A DNA stretch of 64,000 bases from assembly GCF_964204645.1 (NCBI RefSeq), contig NC_134036.1, forward strand, positions 248,001 through 312,000. The letters are read 5' to 3'. Of the stretch, positions 49,207 through 62,481 are shown one piece after another; positions within the stretch are counted from its first letter, which is position 1; every line of letters begins with the position of its first letter. A program made the position numbers and the translations under genes. The DNA is from Tubulanus polymorphus (lineage: Eukaryota > Animalia > Nemertea). The notes beneath the pieces were generated by a model, which saw only the letters and a program-made list of their open reading frames with translations, was not told where the DNA came from and made no database searches.

Positions 49207-49217
49207 GGGGATTCCCC
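49207..49217. promoter_or_regulatory. Perfect NF-kB/Rel site between the divergent astacin-like and RPTP-C genes
   Basis: GGGGATTCCCC within a block homologous to 22070-22345. Confidence 0.45.
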
Positions 49218-50095
49218 GAACGGTATTTATTGAACATTCCTAAATCATGAATTTTCCTGGTTGTCAATACTGAATGTATACGATACCGATACCGATATTG
49301 AATTGGAAATCATCGATAAAAAATCAAGTGTGTTTAGAACTTTTCGTGACGAATTCTTCATCCAAATGATTAATATTTCAAAGCCAACACATGCACGTGG
49401 TGCTCATGCCCTGCTTGGGCCAGGTGCCACAGACCTAGTTTAAATTTAGGCCAAGACCCATTTTAGTTCTATAGCCAACCTAAAGCCAATCTAAAGACCA
49501 GTCTGAACTCATTTTGGTTCTATAACCAATCTAACAACTAAAGACCAAAGCTCATTTTGGTTCTATATCCAATCTACCATCTTTAAGACCAATCTTAAAT
49601 ATAAGACTATGATGTTTTGGACCTCAGTAACTGAGCTCAATATTCAAGACTTTATAAGACTTTGACGCAACGTTTGAACTTGGGGCCCGGCTCACAAAAT
49701 TCGAATTCATAAAAACTTTTTATAAAAGATGAAATATCGAGATTATGCCGGTCAAGGGGAAAGTGACAATACAAATGATTAATGAATCATTGAGACTTTA
49801 AATTTTCAATGTCATCTAAACTTTTTCCGACAAAAATACATTGAAATATTGATGAATTTGTGCTCGCTTTGTTAAGGCTTATCTTTATTACTATTACCCG
49901 CACCGGATAGTGGTGCATTTGATTTAACTTTATTTCACCAATTGAAAAATGACTTTATTAAAATTCCTTAAGAGCCGATATTCAAACTGCCTAAAAATAA
50001 ATTTTAATTAGGTCATGGATTGATATCGCAGGACGATTTAAGAGATAAAACATATATGAAAACGTGTTTTGTATATAGGGTTGGATTGTGCTAAA

Positions 50096-53000
50096 ATGTT
50101 CGGCCGAATTCACTTCCTGGTTTTGCTGGTGTTACTGGTGAATACTGTTTTTACTTCAGGTAAAATATCTTATTCGTTTTTGCGATTGTCTTATTTGTTT
50201 AAAAAAAACTTCATTAAAACTCTGTCACTGTCAGGATTCAAACTATCAATTATCGGGGATGGAGGGCTCAGAGAAGAACTACAGAAAGAAACTCTGTCAC
50301 TGTCAGGATTCAAACTATCAATTGTCGGGGTTGGAGAGCTCAGAGAAGAACTACAGAAAGAAACTCTGTCACTGTCAGGATTCAAACTATCAATTATCGG
50401 GGATGGAGGGCTCAGAGAAGAACTACAGAAAGAAACTCTGTCACTGTCAGGATTCAAACTATCAATTGTCGGGGTTGGAGAGCTCAGAGAAGAACTACAG
50501 AAAGAAACTCTGTCACTGTCAGGATTCAAACTATCAATTGTCGGGGGTGGAGAGCTCAGAGAAGAACTACGGAAAGAAACTCTGTCACTGTCAGGATTCA
50601 AACTATCAATTGTCGGGGATGGAGAGCTCAGAGAAGAATTTGGAGAGGACATTCTGGTTAAATAATCTAGTTTTCTCATTTCAGCGAAATGTTTTGGGAA
50701 GAATTGTACTGGTTGGGAGTGTCATTGCAGTAACACAACCGTGAACATATGTCCAATAAAGGGTCAGAATATAGATGGCGCTTTAACGTGTCCAAATCCT
50801 AACACAGCATGTGAGTCTACATCTTGGACACCACCAGGATGGACCGGACCAGCTTGTCAAATCGGTAAGCTTTTTGTATCAACTGTTTCTGCTCCAGACA
50901 ACAGGGGTCAAATTTAATATCAATGAAACTCACATCTAAGATTAACCATGGACTCTAAGACGTTTAGAGTCCATGAATTAACTCCACAAATTCGTTATTT
51001 TCATTCGTCTTTTGTGAGTTTATATTGAAATGCCCATATATGGGATAAACGGAAATAGAATTCCTCATTGACGTATCAAACATCCGGGACCCAATGAACT
51101 GAGTTTAATTCATCAAATCTTATCGCTTGAAAGAAAAAAAAATGTTTCATGTTTTGTTTCATGCAAAACAAAATGTGTCTTTTGATAAATCATGAAATAA
51201 GATCTCGATGTGCTGAATCGATTTTACACAAATTCTGTAAAGAACGTGACTCGTGAATCATGAAATTGTTTACCGCTGAATCTAAATCGATTCTACACAA
51301 AATGTGTTTTGTAGGTAACGTGGCTCGTGGTAAAACAGTTACAATGTCATCCCATTTGGACCACCATGGGACTGGCGATAAATGTACAGATGGTAAGACG
51401 GCAATAAGTGGTGGTACTGAACTATGTCACACTGGTGAGGAACAAGACGCCTGGATTAGAATTGATCTGGGAACTCAATACGTGGTACATAAAGTTACAC
51501 TTTGGGATAGAACAGACGCGACTAATTGCACCGCCGAGTGGCGTGAGTACACACTATTATTGTTATTATGAATGACCCGGGACGGATACAGTCAAACATG
51601 AAGCTGGACTAATTTTGACAACAATGTGTCTGTGGTATCCATGCTTATGACTTTTCAATTAAAATTTTTTAACACAAAATGGCAGTTAAAAATTCACGAA
51701 TTTATCATTGATGGGTTACAAGAACCAGAATTATCCATTTATAATAGGCCTAAGTCAAACGTGGTATCCATGGATAAAAGATATCTTTGTTAAGATATTT
51801 CAATGTTTGGCTTGTTTCGACATTAATAGCAAAATGCAGTTGAAAATAAATTGATTTAACCGCAATTGAATTTATCTGCATCAAAAGCAATCGACGAAAT
51901 TTTCTTTACAACTTCATAATGAGTTCTATGCATTATTGTCCATTTTCCTATATTTCAAAACTAACAATTTATTTTCAGAAAAACGCGCGCGCAACCTGGA
52001 GATTCGGGTTGGAAGTCTAACATCTGACCAGATATGTGCTTACCAGGGCCCCCCTCTTTGTGGTAAACATAACACATCAGCATGCAGCGCGGGTCCTATA
52101 GTTGGACAATACGTCACCGTTCAACACAAGAACATTGGTAAGGCGGTGCATCTCGGACTGGCAGAAATAGGAGTTATCGGGTTCAAATATATCGGTAAGT
52201 TTTTTTCAAAACTTAGTAAATTGTAAGGTAATGGAATTGATTATGAATGATATAAATTAAGAATATCTGAAATGAAATCACGTTTAAATTTGTGTTTAGC
52301 GCCCAGTGATTGCAGTAAGGGATCGAACTCATTTGGATGTATGATTGAATGTAGATGTTACAACAGTGAAAGTTGTGACTATTTGAGAGGTACCTGTGAA
52401 TCTGGCTGTTCACAGAATTACATCGGAAAGTGGTGCGAGTCAGGTATATTACAATGAATCAGAGATTTCTAGGAATCACACTCCCTATTCCCGAAATATA
52501 GTAACTAATATGAATCAGAAATGACCGAAAGAAAAATATTCGTGTAACCTCAATGTGAATTTATAGTAACCTATGTGAATCCTCGAATGAAAATGATCCA
52601 AATGCAAAGATCCTTATTCATGTCTAAAAACAACATCGATTTTTTTCAGAATTGAAGTTGTTTTCGAATTTGACAAAATCGGCGCTGACAGATAACAGTC
52701 TAAAAGTCAGTTGGAAAGCTTACTCGGGTTCTGTAGTAGATTCAGGACGTGGTAATATCAGCGTTCAGTATCAAGTCGTTCATCGTAAGACATCAGAAAA
52801 TACTTGGACTAATCAGGAATCTGCAGGAGTCCTTACATATCACACAATTACTGGTTTAACTCCTAATACCGAGTATAACATAGCTGTTAAACTACAAAAA
52901 TTAGAGAATGGTCAACATGTATCAACTGCTAGTGAGACTAGTCCAATACTCACTATACAGACTTTGTGTGCAAGTAAAAATCCCTCATTCTAATAAACTT

Positions 53001-56000
53001 TTAATCATCAATTCAAACACAGAATTGTGTTAAACATGTTTGATTTACTGTAGATCCATTAAACGGTCCTAAAAATGTTCGTGTGGTGTCCACAGCGGTT
53101 GAGAACAGTAACACGTGGCCCCAGACAACCAATCTGATACTTGCATGGACCGTAAGTGTGCCTTCATGCTGGTGTTCATTTATGCACCTTCTCTTTCACT
53201 GACACACGATACAAACATGTAGTGAATTATAATTATGTTGCAGGCTTTAACTGCTGCAGAGTTACAGTGTGACGTCACTAAAGCTGTTTATCATGTCGAA
53301 TATAAACAACTGAACGGACAAAAATGGACCACAACAGTGGCGCAACCTACCGGCCACACACTAACAGGACTAGAACCTGATACTGATTACGAAGTTAGAG
53401 TAGGTGTAAAGAATGACGTCACTCAGAAGTTTGTCTACAACAAAACTATAAATTACAAAACAGCGACTGCAGGTAATTGAAAAAAGAATGATCTTCCAAA
53501 TGCTAAATATCCCAGTGATGATCTTTCAAATTACAAAATGTTTCAAAACCATGTTTTTGTTATGTCAGTAAAATGTTTTGGGAAGAGTTGTACTGGTTGG
53601 GAGTGTCATTGCAGTAATACAGCCGTGGGCGAATGTCCAATAAAGGGTCAGAATGGCGCTTTAACGTGTCCGAATCCTAACACTGCATGTGAGTCTACAA
53701 TAAAATCTCCACCTTGGACACCACCAGGATGGAGCGGACCAGCTTGTCAAATCGGTAAGTTTTCTGTATTAAACCGGGGTCACTGGTTTTATATAACTGA
53801 ACCCCAGATTTTTTTAGATTAACGCATTAACTCAGCTAATTCCTTGTGTGAAGCTTACATTATTAAAATAATGCCAATGTTCATTGATAAAAATGTCAGA
53901 CATGAAACATCCGGGGAACTGCTGCGACTTTGTAAACTGAGATCAACTCTAATCATTTCATCGCGTGAAGAAAAAGTGTATCACGAAAATAGAATGTATG
54001 TTTTGAAAAAAAATCATGGAATAATTTTCCGCCGAATCTAAATCGAATCTCCACAAAATGTGTTTTGTAGGAAACGTGGCTCGTGGTAAAAATGTTACAA
54101 TGTCATCCACTTACGAAAAGTTTACCGGTAGTAAATGTACAGATGGTCAGACGAAGAGTGGCATATGTCACACTAATTTGGATCAAAACGCCTGGATTAG
54201 AATTGATCTCGGAACTCAATACGTGGTACATAATGTTACACTTTGGGATAGATCAGACGCGACTGGTTGCACCAATAACCCTACAGAGTGGCGTGAGTAC
54301 TAATTATCATTAAAATGATTGATGAGTAACTTTACTATGAAAGAACAGACGCGACTGGTTGCGATACTGATTGGAGTGAGTACTAATTATTATCATTGAT
54401 CATTTCATTTAAATCTGATAGGAAAATTACAACTTTCAACACGAAAAGACTAGCTGAATATAAAATCCCGGTTAAGATGAAAGATTTTCGATTTCAAACA
54501 ATTATTGATGGATTCTAGCTGCGAATATGCTTATTAAATTATCATTATCCGAGGCATTTTCGTGAAACTGAACCAAGTTCGACAACAATGTGTCTGTGGT
54601 ATCCATGGATAATGACTATGAAAAAAGTCTGTTTTCAAATTCAACTTTTTAAATAAAAGAAAATTGTGACAGTAGAAAATATACGAATTGAACCGTTGTA
54701 AACAGGAGTTGAATTTATCTGCATCCAAAGCAATGGCAGAAATTGTCTCTTTAACATCCATAACTTTCATGGATTATTGTCCGTTTTGCGATATTTCGAT
54801 TGAAGTGTTTTAATTTATTCTCAGAAAAACGCGCGCGCAACATGGAGATTCGAGTTGGCAATGAATATGGCACAAGTACGAATATTTTTACATCTAACCC
54901 GATATGTGCTTACCAGGGCCCCGCTCTCTGTGGTACACATAACACATTAGAATGCAGCCCAGGTCCTATAGTTGGACGATACGTCACAGTTCAACACAAG
55001 AACATTAGAAAGGCAGAGCATTTAAACCTGGCAGAAATAGAAGTTTTCGGGTTCAAATACATCGGTAAGTTTTTCATAACTAATCATTAACAGTTGAGGG
55101 TATTGAAATAGCGTATGAATGAATGTTATTAATAAGAATTTTTGTAATTATTATGATTCATCTTCGTTGTTTTCTGGATTAAGTAGTGCGAAGGCGCATT
55201 ACATCTAATGAGATTAATCCACCTCATTTAAAAAGAATTCATAGTCAACGCCATTGATATCACAAACATCGTCTTTTAACTTCACCCAGTCCTGGTCACC
55301 ACAGTGATCTACGTTGTTCTACGGTCCTAATGTACCCACCTGTGGTCCATTAGACACTAAGGTTCTTGGTGAACTTTCTACGTATCAGCTTTTAAATTTC
55401 TGTTTAGAACCTGGTTATTGCAGCAAGGGATCGAACTCATTTGGATGTATGATTGAATGTAGATGTTACAACAGTGAAAGTTGTAACTATTTGAATGGTA
55501 CCTGTGAATCTGGCTGTTCACAGAATTACATCGGAAAGTGGTGCGAGTCAGGTATATTACAATGAATCAGAGATTCCAGGGAATCTCACTCCCTATTCCC
55601 TAAATATAGTAACTATTATGAATCGGAAATGACTGAAAGTGAAATATCCGTGTAACCTCAATGTGACTTTATTCATTGAAATGCATATATTTTCAGAATT
55701 TAAGTTGTTTTCGAATTTGACAAAATCTGCGCTGACAGATAACAGTTTAAAAGTCAGATGGACAGCTTACTCGGGTTCTGTAGTAGATTCAGGACGTAAT
55801 GGTACTGTCAGCGTTCAGTATCAAGTGGTTTATCGTAAGATATCAGAAAACACTTGGACTAATCGGGAATCCGCAGGAGTCCTAACAAATCACACAATTA
55901 CTGGTTTAACTCCTAATACCGGGTATAACATAGCTGTTAGACTACAGAAATTGGTGAACAGCCAACTTATATCAACTGCGAGTCTGACTAGTCCAATACT

Positions 56001-59000
56001 AACTTTGTGTGCAGGTAAAACCCTTTAATTCTAATAAGCCCTTAATCATCAATTCAAACACAGAATTGTGTAAAACATGTTTGTTTTACTGTAGATCCAT
56101 TAATCGTATGAGTTAAATTTGTCTGCGATTTCAGTCCCAGGACCTCCCGCTTCTCTCGACTTCTCATTCACAAGGGAAACAATGAAAACAACATTGACAT
56201 GGACAGCACCAAACAGTCCAAATTGTGATGTCATCAATTATAAGGTAAGAATCCCCTTGTTCTGACCAGCAGAGGGCACCACCTGCACTATACTGTAACA
56301 TATCTCCTATCTGTTTTCAGCTCACGTGTGAACCCATCAGTACAACTTCCACAACACCTTTATCAGACATAAAAACAGTTAACAAACCTGAAATCAATGG
56401 CTCCATCACAACTTTAGACATAACGACGTCACTGATACCTTTTACTCAATACAACTGTTCAATTTTTGCCTCGAATAGTAAAGGTGAAGGCTCGCCTGCC
56501 AGCGTAAGCTTTTGGACAGGTAAGTCGTTAAAATATCAACCTCAAGAGTAACCATTGACGTAACTTGTCACCAGGTAAAGAACTGATATTTCAGGTAAAA
56601 TAACAATTCCTCAACTGGTTGTCAAGAAAGCAGCGGTAACAGACACGACTGTTACACTTCAAATAAAACGTGTTAACACTGGCAACATAACGTAAGTGTC
56701 TTCCACATATTTATTCATTGATAACGCTTGAATTTATAAAACAATATTTTCTCTGATTTTCAGCGGTTACGAGGTGATCGTGAAGAAACACGACGGACCA
56801 ATCAACCGTCGCCGGAAGCGTACGGTCAACCAATCACAGTACGTCTCCTACGGAATAGCTAAACAGCGAAGATTATCAGTTTATATTACTGCAGTTCTAT
56901 CACCGGTGCCCTCTGAGTTTATAGTTGGTGATACACGTGACTATAATGGTTACTTTAATGCTCCTCTAGAAACTGGAAAATCTTACAGTTTTATTTTAGG
57001 AATCGTTGTGAATTATAACGGAGTGAGTTCATCTTGTCTTTCAATACAAATTGTAGTTTACAAATTTCAAAATGATTTTAATTTCTTTTTGACTTTTCAG
57101 GAAACGTTTCGGCATTATCCACCAATAGAACAACAAGAGAGAATCATTGTTAAAGCACCGTCTAATGCAGGAATAATAGGTGGCGCTGTTGCAGCTGTTC
57201 TCATACTGTTATTGGTTGCAGTTGTTCTAGTTATAGTTTGGAGGTATGATTGATTAGTGGCGACCCCTATAGTTTAAGACAATAAAACATGTCCAATTCC
57301 TATTTTCCAGGCGTGGAGGCTTCAAACCTAAAACTGAAGAGAACAATTCTCCTGTTCCAATGAACGACATTATGCAAAATAATGATGCAAGTACAAGTCA
57401 AGCTCCTCCCCCACTCCCAGCAGCTGTCAATCAGGGTACCGTCAATCAGGCGTTAGCAATGGGTACTGTGATTCAATAAGACGCTCGCCTTTCTGTAATT
57501 CCTATTTTCCCAAAATAAATACGATTCTAGAATCTTATTTGCTCTATAGATGATGAAAATGAATACGAAGTGGTTGTTAGAGATGGAACCCTCATCAGCG
57601 AACTGTTGAACCATACGCTTAACAAGTCAGCGAACTCTTGGCAAGAAATGACTAAAGAATTTGAGGTATAAACAATGTCATTGAGAGACAAAAAAGGGAA
57701 ATGATTAACCGCCCAGGAACCAGTTGTAAGTTTAGAGGTGACACGAAGTTTATGTGTGATATTTTGCTGCATCCCTGTCTGTGACATATTCGAAAATGGG
57801 AGAGAGAGTTGGTCTGTGTAGCGCAGAGTGCTGCTATAGGCATCCCCTTAAAGCCAGCTGGCAAAGGGCAGCAAGGAATCCCACTGGAGTCGGTTGTCTG
57901 TATTGTCACTGAAGTTGATTAAAACATTGAAAATGAACACAAGAAACTCTAGAAGCAAACTTAATAATGACCTGTGGAACAGTTACCATTGTCTCTGAAT
58001 AAACCCCTGCCACAAATACAAAAAGGTTCACAACCGTGCACCAAACTTTGCGTTTGTGTTCAAGCGATCACCAATGCACTCACTGGGAATCGAACCCGGG
58101 TCTCGGACACTCAAGGCCAGCATGTTAACCACTAGACCAACAGGACACACGTGCTTGGTATGATGTTCAATACAGTTCATCATTTTTCCATACATTACAG
58201 AGCATACCCAAAACGATCAACGGGGCCAGCGTCAACGCATTCCTGAAGGAAAACTTCCATAAAAACAGATTCAAGAACATAATGGCCTGTAAGTACAAAT
58301 TAACTAAGAAGCAAATATTGAGACGCACTGTGTTGTTTGAATAAATATTTTCTAGATTTCATATATTTCATAGACTTAATCTAAATACCTTAATAAGTTT
58401 AATTGAGAAACCTCCTCACTTAAGATGCATGGCGTTTACACGAGTCATTCGGTATTTGGGTAACTATTGATACATATGTATTGGTTTTCATTCTAATGCT
58501 GTGTTGCTTTCATAGATGATACGACTAGAGTTGTTTTGAAACAAATCGGTGACGATCCAACATCAGATTACATCAATGCTAATTATATTCGGGTAAGTAA
58601 TTATCTTCCATAGAGGTGTAAACCGTTGTAGTTACTGATGGTACTGTAGAACTGATAGACCCGTTTTCTCTTGCTAATTATAGGGGTCAAAAGGTGATGA
58701 GACGTACATTGCGAGCCAGGGTAAGCTTTGAGTAATAAAGCTTTTGGTGATTCATATTTTGAAAATCATATATATTTCTTCCTGTTGTTAGCCCCGATTC
58801 CAAGCACATTCAACGACCATTGGCGGATGATCTGGCAAGAGAAATGTCCGGCTATTATTGTACTCACAGATCTGACTGAAGGACAGGACAAAGATAAGAA
58901 GGTACAGAAATACTTTTAGATGCTGCTGTGTAAACAGGCAAAAAGTAAAAAAGTGGTTTGTCATATTCCGATTGCAGGTGAAGTGTCATTTATATTGGCC

Positions 59001-61666
59001 AACAAAACTGAACACAAAAGGTCGATATGGAGATATAACAGTGACAGTCTCAGATAGAATGGAAAAACACATTGAACCTCCTACTTTAGTACATTTCCTG
59101 TCGATTACAAAGGTATGATCTTATCTTAACCTTGAATGGCTCAAACAGCTGTTTTTGTCTCCTGATCCTGGTTCTGACATTTATAACATTATGATAATGG
59201 GTTGTTTCAATGTTAGGTCTACCATATTTCACATCAGTAACGTCTTTTTTTAACGTCTAGTTTCTCTCTCTCTCTCGATGCGTAGTAACGTTAGATTTAT
59301 TTTATAGCGTGGCCACAAACAAGCACATAATCTAATAGTGTTTCACTATCGAGGATGGCCGGATCATGGTGTACCGTTCCCGGCTTCATCTGTAGTTCGT
59401 ATGCAACAGTTCATCAAACAGCGTCTCACCGAACAGAATGAGGGACCGATACTCATACACTGCAGGTAATCTATCAAATGAAATAGGAAATATCTTCAGA
59501 ACCTACTTGTTACTGAGAAGCTATTTAGGTATAGTTTTACATTATTTGGATTACTTTGACTCCAGAGTTCAAAACATATATTTCTAAAGATTTGTCCAGG
59601 GTACAGGTCCCAAGGAATACCAAAACGAACTGTAAATGAATTGTAATTGGTCTTTGTTTTTTTAATGATATCGTTGTTTGTAGTGCTGGTGCTGGAAGGA
59701 CTGGTAGCTATATAGCAACAGAATATCTACTGAGACAGGCCCAAACTACTGGACGAGTCGGAATCTTCCCGCTGTATCGATACCTGCGACAACAAAGACC
59801 AGAAATGATCCAAAATATGGTAAACCTCAATGTCTTTCATTTACTTACTCCCAGGTTTCCAAATTCTAGACCTTCTTCGACGCAATGCTGTTTTTTACTG
59901 CAGAAACAGTACAGTCTCGTGCACCAGATTCTACTGGAGGAACTGGTACTGGGACCAGTGGCATACCCGACCACGAGTTTCAGAGAATCATACGAGGAAA
60001 TAAAAGCAACGCGTCCTGTATCTAAAAACGTGTCTGATAAAATAGAGGAGCAATTTCTAGTACGTACAGAGTGAGACGAGCTGCGTGAAGGAAAATACCA
60101 ACATTTTAGAAATACTTGTCGAAATATTATTTTAGATATACAAAGCATCTACTCCGATACAAGGTCCTGCAACGTTGGCGATTGCAAAGCTGCCAATCAA
60201 CGTCAAGAAGACACGATACCAAGAAATACTTCCGGAAACCAAATATCAAGCGAGGATTTCCAGCGAAAAAGAGTCGTTCATCAATGCTTCATTTGTGCAT
60301 GTGAGTGAAGCTAAACGAAGCTCGATATATTTGATTTCGGCCCCTTGTCTTGATAAATACTTTGTATCAAACATCTATAATGGAAAGATCTTGGTAATTG
60401 GTTATAATTACTTTTATTTCATGATGTCAGAGATATACACTTTATATATCACAACAATGTTATGGGATTTATAATCAAAATCTACACTGGGTAAATATCA
60501 GTTACATTGATAACAACATAACTCGATTATTCGGACAATTCATTGTTTTTACAGACGATCACAGATGACAACGTGTTTATAGCTACACAAAGTCCGATGC
60601 CGAACACAATTATTGATTTCTGGCAAATGATCTTTAACTATAACTGTGAACGTATCGTTATGATGCATCAAGAACATCCGCATGATCCGGTAAGGCTTAT
60701 TCCAAATGTTTCAAATTTCGTATTTGCTTTCTGTCCATACGAATGTGTAGATGTATGTTTTACAAAATTTCCAGACTTATGCAAATTACTGGCCGACCGA
60801 TGGTGTTATGCAATTTGGACCGTTCGAAGTTTCGTTAGAACAATCGCATACGATGTCAAACGAACAAGTCATCTATCGTGACCTCATACTACAGACTGAC
60901 AATGTAAGTGCTATCCTACAAAAGTTCAAAATCTAATTAAGCAGAAGATGTGTTGTAACTCTGTTCAACTGGAGGATCTGTTATTGCCCTTTACAAAATA
61001 GTTCGCCGGGATTTGATGGTCGAAAAACAGTTGACATAAATGAAATCGATAGCATCCTTTCAGGGAAAGATGGCCGCATATACAGAATATCCGGCATCTC
61101 TGCTATTTACTATAGCCTGATCCCAATCGATGTTCTTTTTATTCTTTGCTTTCACAGGAATCGCGTCAGATTCGTCAGATCCAGTTTTTAGGATGGCCTG
61201 AGGATGAGTCGGTTCCTGATGTACAGAGTCTACTTGACTTCGTGCAGCTTGTTTCAAAGGAACGCGTCACCAGTCCGATTGTTGTACATTGCATGTTCGT
61301 ATCTTAGCAACGTCTGAGTTAATTATTCAAAACAACATCACAGATTTGAACGATTGTGCAAATTTTACAGGGACAGCACAACGAGAACAGGACTATTTTG
61401 TGCGGCATTTGAATTGATCACCAAGGCGCCATCTAGCGAAGAGATCGATATCTATCACTGTATTCAAAAGCTACGAATGACTCGACCTCAATTCATTCCA
61501 AATTTGGTAATTTCCTGATATTTTCTAGATATTCTGAATTGAGAACTTGTAATGTTATTGATGTCTTTTGTTAATCTACGTATTTCAGGAACAATACAAA
61601 TTCCTGCATGACCTGGTGATACTGTATTTCCAAGGATTCGAAACGTACGCAAATTTCGTTTCCTAA
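50096..61666 (+). CDS. Receptor-type protein tyrosine phosphatase, copy C, with a duplicated lectin-EGF-FN3 module, ~34 exons
   Basis: SP 50096-50159; module 1 at 50685-53472 (Cys-rich, F-lectin, EGF, 2 FN3); 96-nt phase-1 intron; module 2 at 53569-56014 (Cys-rich, F-lectin, EGF, FN3); FN3 exons from 56135; RRRKR; TM exon from 57101; KNRF, DYINA, WPDHGVP, HCSAGAGRTG; D2; ends YANFVS* at 61666. Confidence 0.88.
50217..50650. repeat. 72-bp minisatellite x6 in RPTP-C intron 1
   Basis: Same unit as 22787-23050. Confidence 0.9.
50940..50982. mobile_element. 29-bp micro-MITE-like hairpin flanked by (g/a)attaac direct repeats
   Basis: gattaac [catggactctaa-gacgt-ttagagtccatg] aattaac; absent at the paralogous sites near 35573 and 53816. 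Confidence 0.55.
58079..58150 (-). mobile_element. tRNA-derived SINE head in an RPTP-C intron
   Basis: Reverse strand has A-box tggtctagtgg and B-box gggttcgattccc; does not fold as a tRNA. Confidence 0.55.
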
Positions 61667-62481
61667 TTAACATATAACGGAAGTCAGTTGCTCACAGAAA
61701 GGAGGACAACATTATGTAATCATTTAACCAGAAATGATATTCGTATTTAGCTGTGATATTTAGAGAAAAATTTCCTGCTAATTATTATTTATGGAAGCAT
61801 GAAAACAACTCACTGACCAATGAATATGTTAAGAGTATTTCGGTGCAGGTCCAATTTCGCGAATCATATTCTTAATTTTGTAAAATTGACTTTTCTTTTC
61901 ATATTAGATTATTTGAAATTTCTCTGAAAAAATAGAGGAGTCCCATTGCTATTATCATCATCACTACGGTCGCTTTTATAAAACAATCAAAAATGGAAAA
62001 ATGAGAACTTGTCTATCGCGTGGAACTGGGCCAAACATCATTAAAAAAAAGTATCCGACCCAATCAGATTCCTTGAATATATTTAAATATACGAATCATA
62101 TAGCCTTGTTTTTAAAGTTATAGAATTAAGTTTATTTTATTTATTCGAGTTTTCTTTTAATATTTTTTGTTTATTGCGCTATAACATGATAACATATAAA
62201 ATAACTATGATATTTATTTGTGCATGTGTTCATTATATATAAAATATTTGCAATAAAAACCGCTTGTGAAATGAAAATATTTCAAACGTCCTTATATTTG
62301 CTTTCAAGAGTTTCTTTTTGAGAAAAGAATATGTTTATTCCTGCTGCAAAAGAGTGATGTCACTTCGTGCCTATTTTTGATACAAGCCAGAAAGAAACAT
62401 ATTCATTCAACTCTGAATATTAACAAATGACATTGATGATGAAATGATACAGTAATTTCGATGTCGACAGTTTATAGTTTA

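Noticed and set aside
50069-50744. Signal peptide reading in frame through the 72-bp repeat (198-aa ORF)
   Set aside because: Canonical donor at 50160 and acceptor at 50683-84 match the paralogues; the repeat happens to lack stops and is almost absent in copy B.
22624-61666. Assigning vertebrate symbols (PTPRA, PTPRK, PTPRF)
   Set aside because: The domain architecture matches none of them; orthology needs a phylogeny.
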